Positions 42,101 through 54,100 of a stretch of DNA of 64,000 nucleotides are shown piece by piece. The translations under genes were made by a program, and so were the position numbers. The DNA comes from Antedon mediterranea. Taxonomy: Eukaryota; Animalia; Echinodermata. The notes beneath the pieces were generated by a model. That model did not search any database, was not told where the DNA came from, and worked only from the letters and a program-made list of their open reading frames with translations. Where the stretch lies: contig NC_092677.1 of NCBI RefSeq assembly GCF_964355755.1, forward strand, positions 10,686,101 to 10,750,100. Reading direction: 5' to 3'. Position 1 is the first letter of the stretch, and the number at the start of each line of letters is the position of its first letter.

Positions 42101-45100
42101 ATGCATGGGGGTGAGGGGACTCAATCCCTACCCCTGAAGAGACTCCTGTGTGTTATTTCATTGGTCACCAAATATCTTACCACCAAGCTACAATCCCATT
42201 GTTAGTTAAATTACTTATTGAATTTTCTCATGATTTTTATTATATATTCTTTTACAGCACCAGATATATTGTTACGTAAGTATACAGTCTTTTTAACCTC
42301 TACATATAGTCAATTACTGACACTTAAGATAAGTTAATAATGTGCATAACTACTGTAAAAGTATTAATTAATTAATGTTATAAAGCTAACTACTTATATT
42401 AAAAGATGATACAGATGAGCGGCATAGCACCGTGAGCTAAACTGGTGGTAGCCACTGTGTTGTGCACTGAACTGTGAAAGACCATAAGTTTCTTTTGGTC
42501 CAAGATTCAAATCCTATCTCCGCTCTTTATGTGTTCCAATTTCGATTGGAATACATGTAGATGGTGCACCGTCCGTTGGATGAGACGCTATAGCTATATA
42601 TATTGTTTGAAGGTTTGCATGGCAAAATCAATATAAAGTTTGCGGTACATATGTCCTGAGGAAGTATATTGATCAAAACGTCGAGAAACACAACAGTTCT
42701 TTTTAGAACTATACATGGTGTACTGCAAACTTTATCTCAATGGATTGAAATTAGCTAGAGAAGAGCCTTGTTTCATGTGAACAAAACTTTGTTTACAATT
42801 TGTACCCAAGTCTTCTATTCAAATTGCTAGGTAAAATAGATGCTCTTTATTTTTTTATTTTTAAGTAAGTCTGGTGATTCCTTCTATTAAAATCGCGTTC
42901 TGGAAATCCAGAAAAGTTAACTATTCTGTTTTCTTATCTTGTGTAGAACCTCCGCAGGACCTTACTGCTTTTTTGCGGAACAAGTGGGTTAGTTTATACC
43001 ACGCTCAACAGGATACCAGTGCTCCAATACCACATATATCAGTGTCGTACTTAGTTGAACCCCACAATTATGTGGAATTGGAGGATACTGATTGGAGTGA
43101 TACTTTATTTGCTGGGTCTACAACACTCACAATACGGAGTCAAGAGTTGTGCAGGTTAGTCATGAGACTACCAACATCTGGTGCAGCAGAGCTTCGTCCA
43201 GGTCCTTTTTTGACTCGGTATATACCAATAGATTATGATGCAAGGCCAATAAATATTACAGGTTTTATTCAGGAACTTGGAGGTAATTTCTCGGCAAATT
43301 ATTTGTCAAACACCATTTTTATACTTGCTTATATAAACTAAGCAATTTGTTTGTTAATACTTAGAAAATTCCATAGTGTAATGGTAGACGCTATTTGAAT
43401 TGAATATAGAGTATTTGAAACATGCCTTTTGGTACTGCCTAGACTATGAAATATTAACAAATACACAAAACCACACATGCTAGTTCTCTAATGTCCATTT
43501 TTAAAAATCAATTTACAAATTAATTTAAAAAGTATTGAAATTTTAGTTTTGAACCCATACAGTACTGAAACCAATACACATTTGCAGAAATTCCAACTAG
43601 TTTAAATTTGTAACTTAATTTAATTACATACTGTATGTTCATTTTGTTTTGATTGAAGCATATATTCTACCATTGAATCCATTTGTTGTTACATCGACTG
43701 GTGGGTATGCCCAGCTTCAAACAAATGCGAATGAAAATCAACAACTTCGGTGGAGTTTTAATGGAGTAAACATCCCCACAGCCAATGGGTTTGAAGTTTT
43801 AAAGATTTCAAATGCTACTGTTGAAGATGATGGTATCTATGAATGTTATATAGATGGAAGACGGGATGAAAACATGCATGCATTTTTCCAGCTTAGTGTG
43901 AGAGGTAGTAAAGGCAATATCATACTTATGTTCATTTAGTAACTGTCTTTGAAGCTTGTAGATAGGTCAGGTAACAATATTTAACATATATATATATTTA
44001 ACAATAATTTTGATTTTTCATACATTTATTGTTACAAATTTGATTTTCATATTGTACATAGTCTTTTCTTGTAATCTTAATTTTATTTTTTCTTGTATTG
44101 TTTGTTTGTCTGGAGTTTAGAGAGACTGATAGTTGTCTTTGACAGCTCTTGTCTTTCCTCAGTGCTTCCTTTTTTAGGTGTCACTGAAAGGAATATAAAA
44201 ATAAATACATAAATTACAGAGGTTTCAAAATGGACCAGGAAACCGGTGTAACCCTTCCCATACCGAAAGATTCAATGAGTTTTTTTTAGGTGGACACAAC
44301 CCAGAAGTGAAGACTTGTTCTACCACCAGAGTTATGGCCGAGAGTGGCTTGCAACCTTTGCCGATATTATGGCCACTCGAGTCTCTATTAAGCAAGATGA
44401 AATACAACTGTTATGCATTATTTTAAAAACAACTAATTTGTTTGTACAGAATGCCCTGCAGGGATGTGTGGTCTACCTAATTGTCGGTACACATGTCCAA
44501 TCTGTAAATATGGTGGAGTGTGTGAACCTGCTTCTTGTACATGTATCTGCCCTTCTGGATACATTGGTGATCTCTGTGAAACACGTATGTATCATACCAT
44601 TTTTTGTAATACAATAAACCATATTCAGGGGACACTTTTGCATGAAACAAACGAGAGGCAATACATATTTCAACCCTTAGGCAACCTTTATTCAGGGGAA
44701 ACCCTTATCAAGGGAACTCTTTCGCATGGAAATAATTAGGGCATTACACAGGAAACTTCTATCCAGGGGACACTTTTTTGTGTCCTGAAAAGGTTCTATC
44801 TGTATATATAAAAGGTCAATAATAAAAACATAAAGTAATATAATTCAATTGTAATTATTCAAACCTTCTTTGCAGTAACTAGATGTATTATTTTCCAGCA
44901 CGTGCAACCAATTATTTTGGACAGTATGGTACTCTTAGATGTAGTAGTTCTGCTGACAGCTGTAAAGATACAATATTGTGTCGGCCACCACCTTTTGGAT
45001 GCTCTTGTGCTGGAGGCTTTTATGGACTTTTATGTGAATCGTGTAAGTTTGATGGGATATTAAACCTATCGTTAATGGTGTAGATTGTAATGGTACTGCT

Positions 45101-48100
45101 AAAGCTGTTGCTACTACAGCAGCAGCAGCTGAGATTAATTAAACAATTATTCCGACAACATTTTTTTTTTATATTTATATATTTTTATCCATCAACAATT
45201 TTAAAGATTTAACTTTTTGTTTTTATATTATATTGAGGCCACTTAATGATCACTTCCTCTATTAGAAATGGATAGGCCACATTTTTTAAAGATGGTATAA
45301 AATGAGAAAAAAAACACAACCATCCTTGAGGAGTGCCTTGAACCTGTGTTGATTGTATGACTTATGGTTTGTATTCTGGCGCCCCTGCCTTAACCACTCG
45401 ACCACTCGACGTAGTACTGTAGCAACAATTACGGTTGTTACTGCAGTTGTTGATACTACAGCAGTTAATACTGCAGCAAAATCTGTTGTTACTGCGGTTG
45501 GTGATACTACAAGAGTTGATACTGCAGCAACAACTGTTGTTACTGCAGTTGTTGATTATATTTGACCCAGTTCCGTTATGGTCACATGGAAATGTGTTTT
45601 GTTTTAGTTTGTCCCACTGGTAAATATGGTCCAGATTGTCGGTTTGATTGTGATTGTCCAGATGATCAATGTAATTATTTCAGTGGTTGTTCTGGTGGTT
45701 GTACTAACGGCATGACAGGTGACACTTGTGATGGTAATAAATATTTTATTCTTATATGAATATTCTTAATATGCGGGATTATTGAATTAAGGGAAACCCT
45801 TGAAGTTTAAAATTTTCTTCAAAATGTTACTTTAAACAAAATTTATAAAAATATTGATTGACTTAAGTGAAATACTTATTATTTAAGGAAGTGTTTCACT
45901 TCAGTGTGTTTGATGAACACAGCCACAGGTTATGAATATTAACTTTTAACTTGACTTGTGTACATAAAAATTGTTTGGGATTATACTTGAATTAATACTC
46001 GGATCATATATATGATTATACAAATAAAGATATTCTTGTTTTCTTTTACAGAATATTTGGCAGAGACTCCATGTCCGATTGGGTTTTATGGTACACAGTG
46101 TGAATTTCAATGTGAATGTTCATCATCTCTCACCTGTGATAAGGTGACAGGGGATTGCATTGCACCAGGTTAGAATACAAACTTTTTGATGTATCTTTAC
46201 AGGTCTTTCTATACTACAGTAGGACCCCTATTAAGGAGACACCTCATGAACCCAAAAAAGTGTAGTTTTAAAACATATACCTTCATTACACTTGACTGTC
46301 GTACAGATAGACCCGGGTTCAATGCCCGACAACTCCCAGTTCACTCAGCTGTAAAATGAGTACCTGGTTGAAAATACTAGGGAGAAAAAAGGCGGCGTGG
46401 AAAGGAACTGGCCACCCTACCACATAATGCCGAAGCTTAGTACAATGAGCTCCTAACAGCTCATTCCCCTACGTTCAGAGAACACGGGACTCGCCTTTTT
46501 TACCCTCATTAGGAGTGCTTTAGGTCCCTGATGCAAAGATATTTCACAGTACATTGGTAGCTTGGTTTTTTAGAGGTACAGGTATGAACGTTATGCTAAT
46601 GATCTTGAGGCAGTTGGTTGGAGTCCCACCCGTGAATTATCATTTACATCAGGCTAGGGCAGCAAATCTGACAAATTAACTTTGGTTCCTGATGCAAAAT
46701 TATCACATTTATTCAATAGAGGAAGGGGACTGTGTAAAATTGGTTCCAGATCTTAACTGGTTTTCGATTTAGTTGCATAACCATTAGAGACTATTCAATT
46801 GCATGATTGCAATATGTTTTTTTTTCTGTAGATGAAATTATGGATATTGTGTTGGTGGTAGACCCCCCATGGACAGACATGTCAAGCGATCCGGCTGTCA
46901 CGCTGACATTCTACTCTCTCAAAGATTCACGAACGGTAGAAATGACTATTGCATTGACAGATGATCCTTCAGAATTCGTGGATTTTGATGCCTCAAGTAA
47001 CGGTCCATTCTCAATTGATTCAGTTATCACTCCAGATAGTGATGATGCTGCAAACACAAACTCTATTCAAGTTGTTGTTGGAACTTCAAGTACTGCAGAA
47101 CAAAGGGTGGGACCATTCACTGGTACAGCCACCCTTGATGGATTTGTGACAACGACAACAGCATGGTTTCGCCCAAATAATGGTCAGTATACATAATAAT
47201 CAATAATATAGGGACTATTAAGGGAGGAGGACAGATATTCCGTGTTCGATGAAGCGTACAATCACAAACAGACATAAACGTCATATCCGTTTCAGTACTA
47301 GTTACGCGCACCTGCTAGTTACGCACAACTGGCCAAAGACAACATGCCTACTACAGTACTACTATAATAGGCTAGTGGGGCTAGACCTAGGTCTACCTAG
47401 ATAGTATTAGTGGCAGTAGTTAGTTGCACGCTGGTGTATTAAATTGGGGCTATAGGCCCAGCTAGCATAGCAACATCTCTCTCCCTCCCCTGTCTTGCGG
47501 CAACCCTTCTGAATCTCTTGGCCCTACCTGCTGGTACAGCATAGGCCTAGCCTTCCTATTCAATTGCTGCACAACATTTTTTCTTTTAACACAGCCATTT
47601 TAACCCAATAAAAATGTTATTTTGTTAAACCATTAAAGTAGAAGTTCAAATTTCTTTCTAGTCATTCTCCGTAAGCTCATGCATACATTATTCATGAGCC
47701 CCGCCCTGTGGCTTCCCGTATTTTTGGCCAAATGTTCCTAATTATTACTCACTTCAATAGCATCTTACCACAGTAGTTTATTTTTTAATTGTAAAGGTTA
47801 TAATAGAGAAATGTTAAGGTTCATGTCATTATTCTACTGCAGGTACTGCAGTAACAACATTTTGATTTATAATTTTGTAAAACATGGCCAAACCTTAGAT
47901 GTACAGTAGCTATATTTAAAAAAAAACAACATTGAGGCCACTATTACAAAAATTTAGTTTTGGATTTATGATTTTAATTGATAGATTCAATATTTCATTT
48001 ATTTTTACTAGCTGCAATCAACGCTTTAGAAGATGTAGTCCGTGTTTCACATGGCGGATTCGCAAAATTATCTACAGATGCCGAAGAGAATGCGAATCTA

Positions 48101-51100
48101 CGTTGGAAATTTAATGGAGAGGATTTGGATTTTGCAAATGGATTACCAATCTTAACTATTACAAAAGCATATATTGAAGAATCAGGTGTTTATGAATGTT
48201 TTCTAAACGGTGATTATGACCTGAAAGCCCATGCCTACTTTCGAGTAGTGGTCAGAGGTAAGTTTTTATGATTTTATTCTGATAAAATAGATAAAAAAGT
48301 TGTATCAATATACTGTTTATTCTTTTGTCAAATGTTGTAGTACATACACTTTCTCTCATAATATATTGCAATATGTATATATATATATATTTTATCAAGA
48401 AGTGCACAAAATCACAAATTCATTTAAAAGCAACAAGGCCTCTGGCATCGATGACATTTGTGCTAAAGTTATTAAAAAATCCATTGACACTATTCTCTCT
48501 CCTCTCACTTACATTTTTAATTTATCTCTTACATCTGGTGTTTTTCCCAACTCCCCAAAAATTGGTAAAGTTATTCCAATTTTCAAGAAAGGTAGCAAGT
48601 CCGATCCAAATAACTATCGTCCAATCTCCATCCTTCCCTTTTTTTCAAAGATTCTTGAAAAGATTATTTATAACCGCGTCTATGATTTTATAAGCAAGCA
48701 CAATATTCTTTATAATAAACAATTCGGATTTAGGAAAAACTATTCTACGTCTTTTGCGCTAATTGATTTAACCAACAACATTATTGATGCAATTCAAAAC
48801 AATTCTTTTCCCTCTGGCTTGTTTATTGACCTGTCGAAAGCTTTTGATACTATTGACCATCATATTCTGATTACTAAACTTTCAAATTATGGTATCCGTG
48901 GTGTTGCTCTTAAACTTTTAAACAATTACTTATCAAATAGATTTCAATGTACTTCTGTTAACAATCATACCTCTGATCTTAAGCCCATTACCTGTGGTGT
49001 TCCCCAAGGGTCCTTGCTTGGCCCTCTTTTATTTCTAATTTACATCAATGATTTACCAAACGCCTCAGATATCCTTACCTTTTATCTTTATGCAGATGAC
49101 ACGACTTTTTTTTTTAAAAGTGTTAACTTTCAATCAATTTTTCATACTTTTAACCAAGAATTAATTAATATTAACGATTATTTTAATGTGAATAAACTTT
49201 CAATAAACCTAAGTAAATGCAACTTTATGTTGTTTGGAATACGTCATCAAAAACTGACCGACGAGTCTCATAAAATTCTGATTGGTGATCAAGTAGTTTT
49301 CTATACTTTCGGACTGGTTTATTGCTAACAAATTAACGCTAAATGTAAACAAATCAAAATATGTTATATTTAAGGCTAGAAATAAGTCAGCTGACACTAC
49401 CTCACTAGAATTGAGGATGGGAAATGAATGTATAGTAAAAGCTACTGAAGTTAAATTTCTAGGCTTATTTCTGGATGAAACTTTATCGTTTAATTTTCAT
49501 GTAAATGAGGTAGCAAACAGTATTTCTAGAATAATTGGTGTCTTAAACAAAGTGAAGTCTATGTTATCAAGTAAAATCTTGTTAACGGTATACAATGCAC
49601 TTATATTACCTAGAATAACGTATGCTATCACAGTATGGGGTGCTACTTCTGCTACAAACTTAAACCGTATACATATTCTCCAGAAAAAAGCACTTAGAAA
49701 TATTTGTCATGTTCATTTTATGCATCCTTCTCATCCACTTTTTATTTCAACCCAAACATTAAATATTTTTGACCTTTATACGAAACACACTGCTATATTT
49801 ATGTATCAATATAAACATAATCTATTACCTGAATCATTTAATAACTTATTTAGTACATCTGCCTCATTCCATAATTACTCAACTAGAAACAGGTCAAACT
49901 ACTGTCCACAACTAAAACGCACCAAAGTCGGACAGCAATGTATTTCCTACCAAGGAACACATATTTGGAACAATTTAACAGACTATATAAAACAATCCCC
50001 CACTTTAAGTTTGTTTAAACAGAGATTAAAGCAATATTATAACAATAGAAATATTTAAGTTAAGTAAATCACATTATGTTATTTTGGTTTGTTCTTTTTG
50101 TTTGTACTAATTGTTTGATCTTTTTGTTAGGGTTACATGCTTAAAGCACTTGTGCTTATTTTGTATCCCATTCCATTATCTTATTATTTGTATTGTATTT
50201 GTATATGTTTTTATTTTGATTATGGAATAAAAATGTCGATGAAAAAAAATTGAATTGAAGTAATTCCCCATGTTAAGCAAACCAAATTTCTAGGTGTTTT
50301 AATTGACCAAGAGCTAAATTTTAAAAATCATATAAAAGAAATTGAATTAAAAATTTCTAAAAACATTGGCATACTTTATCGTCTGTCTTCCTTTTTACCG
50401 TCTCAAATTTTACGCAATATTTACTGTTCCTTTATTCTGCCTTTTATTAGTTACTGTAACATTGTATGGGCCAATAATTACCCTTCAAATCTTAACTAGA
50501 TTTGAACTCGTCACTACGGACGAGTTAGGGTATCCGCAGCGCAAACGCCACGTGTACTTCATACGTTACAATATTGGGCGCAGAAAAACGATTATGCCAT
50601 TGAAAAAATGTTAGTGGGCTCTCTATTTTGCGTCACGTCAAAGTATATACGGTATACACTATATTCTGTATACGTACTACATACAGTGCAGAATAGGTGA
50701 AAATAAGGGACCCTAGTTATTGACGCTTTTGGACATGATGACGTCATCACAATTTAAAAAATGGTAGATCATGCGAAAGATAATTGATTGGCCTATACAA
50801 TATAACAAAATGGGGGGAAATGGAATACGGATAAGTGGAGATGCGCTCTATTAAATGTGATGAGCTATGCGAAAGAGACAAAAATCCTATATTTTATATT
50901 CGAATGGCCATATGATGACGTCACAATGTCCGGTTAGCCATATCGATGCATGATTCGATATCTACAACTCATTTACTTCCAGAATCTGAAATTTTAAAAA
51001 TGTTCACCACGGAGTTTAGAATCTATGACTTTTTAAAGAAAGAAAGAAATTTTCACAAATGTTTGAACTTTTTCATCAAAAACGCGCGCAAATTATTCAA

Positions 51101-54100
51101 TTCGACGTGCTTGTATGACGTAATTTAAAGTCGAAATTGATTGAAAATTTGTAAATTTACTAGAAAAGGCTGGAAAAACAAAAATCAAACAAAAAAAAGA
51201 TGTTTTTGCGCTACGTGCGCACGCGCGCGTAAAAAAATTGCGCACGCCTGGGAATTTTTGAAATGCTTAAAATGACATGAAACGCGTAGAAAATTGATTA
51301 GAAATTGATTTTTGGCATTTTGAAATTTAAAACGCGCGTGCGCGCGTAACTTTTTGTTAAACATGCCATTTTTAATCCATAGAAAGTTTGCGCGTTATAT
51401 GACTTAAACTTTCACCAAGTTTCAATACAAAGCGACTTTTAGTTTTTATTCTATGATCAATCATTGAAATTCACAAAATCGCGCGTAACTTACGCTGCGC
51501 GACTCGAAATTTGAAAAAAAAGTTTCTTGCACATCTACAGCTACAGGGCAATCTTTTGACAAAGTTATACAATCATATGTTGGCCAGAATTAGAGATACG
51601 CTGCGAACAAAAATCGTGGAAAGAAAGAAGAACATAGAAAAAGATCCTGACAATAACAAGGGGTTATCCGCCAAGTGCGGATAACCAATAAAATACACGT
51701 CCTTCAAAAGAAAGCTGTTCGTCTTATCTCGGGTAACTCACGTCTTGCTCATACTAATATCCTTTTTTATAACCTTAAACTCTTAACTGTGCACGATATT
51801 AATAAACTCCAACAATGCATTTTCGTTTATGAACATATTAATTCCAAACTGCCTTCTAACTTTTCCTGTAATTTTTTAACTAACTCTGAAATCCATTCGT
51901 ATAACACAAGAGCATCACGGGACCTTCATCTTCCTCAACCTAAACTAACTAAAATGAAACATAATATTCGCTATAGTGGTTCTAAACTATTCAATAATCT
52001 ACCTCCCGAAATTTCATCATCGTCTTCTAGCAAAATGTTCTCTTTTAAACTTAAAGAATATCTTATTTCAAATTATAACTAATTGTTTTCTCTATTTTGT
52101 AATATTTTTTTTAACTTAGAAACTTTTTCGAAATTGCTTCCTTTACTGTTGGTGCGTGTGTGTGTGTGTCTGTTGATCTATATGTGTTTGTGTATTTATA
52201 TGTTTAAATTTATATATATAAGTATATAATCTTCTTACATGGCTTCCCAACATACAAGTTTCAATTGGATTTTTTTTTTTCCAATTGATCGATACTTTCT
52301 TGGGTTTTTTTGCCTCTTTCATTTTGTATATAACTGAATCATCTTTTTATACATTATGATTTACTGTATTATATCTCTAAAAAAAAATATTTATTTATAA
52401 AATATCAGAAATTATAATGTTTTTTACTCAAATATGAATGAAAGAAATAAATGTTTATTTGAATTTGAATTTGAATCAGGCTGTCCTGGTGGTTTATGTG
52501 GACGTCCAGGATGCTTGGAGCGCTGTCCTGTTTGTTATAATGGAGGTGTTTGTTCCGCTGATACTTGCTCATGTGTCTGTCCAGGTGGGTTTCATGGTTC
52601 ACAGTGTGACCAGGGTAAGTACATTTTATACAGAAATGGTGCTACATTTTGTTTTCACAACCTGATAGCAACTGTGCATTTTCATAGGCTTTTAAGCATG
52701 TACAAAATGACTTTTCCTTTGACAGCTGCATAGTCTCATGGCACTTGAAAACAAAATGTTGCTGTTTAAACAAAGGTATACTGAATTCAAAGGTAAATAT
52801 GTGTCTTAATGAAGATACTGTTTGTATCCCTTTTGAAATTTAGTTTGTGATGAACGAGACAATGTGTTTGGCACAGATTGCAGTACAACATGTAGTTCAG
52901 AACCAAATGGAAACTGTAGTGGAAAGATATTCTGTTATCCGGATCCACTCGGCTGTATTTGTGCGTCTGGATGGATGGGACAAAATTGTGATCAAAGTAA
53001 ACTTTTACATTGCATTGTTTAAATCATTTCATACACTTTAGTTAAAGTTTGCTGCTTGTCCTAATAAGTATAAGGTAACCAAAAATCTTGAATTTCTAAT
53101 AATAGTAAATAAAAAGTAATGATTTTTTTTAATTCAGTGTGCGAAGATGGATATTATGGACCAAACTGTGATCTTGAATGTCATTGTAGCGATGGGGACT
53201 GTGACTATGTTGCTGGATGCGCTTCTGGTTCCGTCTGCACAGATGGATTCATTGGTGACACTTGCAAAGGTTTGTTTTGACAATTAAGACCTAGGTGGTT
53301 TGTAGTAGTTGGTAGTGCAGTGTACATATCTGGCTGGTGTGCACTTAAAAACACATACAGTATGCATATTTTAAAAGAGGGTTACTCTGTCGCGAACTAA
53401 TGAATGAGCGCTGTTAGCAGCTTGACATTGAAGGGACTCTTAAGAAAGCTTTTTGTCTGATAACATCAAGTCCACTATGTTTTGTATGTATAAAGTGCAT
53501 TATCAATTTTGTGAGCGCTATATAAGCAACATATATTATTAATTACGTTTTGTAGTTTCTAGTAAATTGTATAAAAATATTTCAATGTCAGATCCTGGCC
53601 CTGACTCAACCTGTTCTATCGGTGATTTTGGTGAGTTGTGTGAACTTCAATGCGAATGTGATTTTCAACAGGCTTGTAACAGAACCACTGGTGAATGTTT
53701 ACCATGTAAGTACTCAAAATCTACTATAGTGCACGAGTTGCTTTTTTGTGCTCTAAAGTTTGTATTATGAAATATAGAAATCAGGCATTGTCCTGTATTC
53801 TATACATTGCTAGTATAAGTCTCACACAAAGGATTAGACAAAGAACATTGTCGGCTCTACCCCTATCCCTTGTGTTCTCTGTAAATACTCTCGCTTGCAC
53901 TGAAGAAGTGTGTACCTGAAAGCTCTACAATTTATTTCAGGCTGTTTTACTTTATCGTTCTAAATGAGCTTTTTACTTATTTTATTTTATCCACATTTAT
54001 TGAGATCCACCCACAGCACTGTTTTTTTTTTAAATTTGCCTTTTCATTTATTTATTTTCATTGTAATACTGTAGATCAAAATACAACAAGTTGTGAACAA

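Larger units (their letters stand above)
34097..48296 (+). repeat. Near-identical ~5.4-kb direct repeat core (34097-39491 vs 42896-48296) within a ~12.5-kb intragenic tandem duplication (~29380-54350)
   Basis: Introns and their embedded SINE/MITEs are shared almost base for base at an offset of ~8.8 kb. Outside the core the exons are shared but the introns have diverged. Confidence 0.92.
48398..52474 (+). mobile_element. 5'-truncated LINE A (CR1/L2-group-like RT) inserted at a splice acceptor and interrupted twice
   Basis: RT motifs NYRPISIL, QFGFR, DLSKAFD, GVPQGSLLGPLLF, YADD. The ORF continues at 50263 (IPHVKQTKFLGVLID) and 51689 (KIHVLQKKAVR) to a stop at 52082. (TTTGAA)n tail. TSD ATCA at 48394-48397 and 52475-52478. 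Confidence 0.9.

Noticed and set aside
48300-50058. RT ORFs as a domesticated gene, a retron or a single frameshifted element
   Set aside because: TSDs, tails and 5' truncation show two separate nested LINE fragments. They lack an endonuclease and are absent from the paralogous intron.
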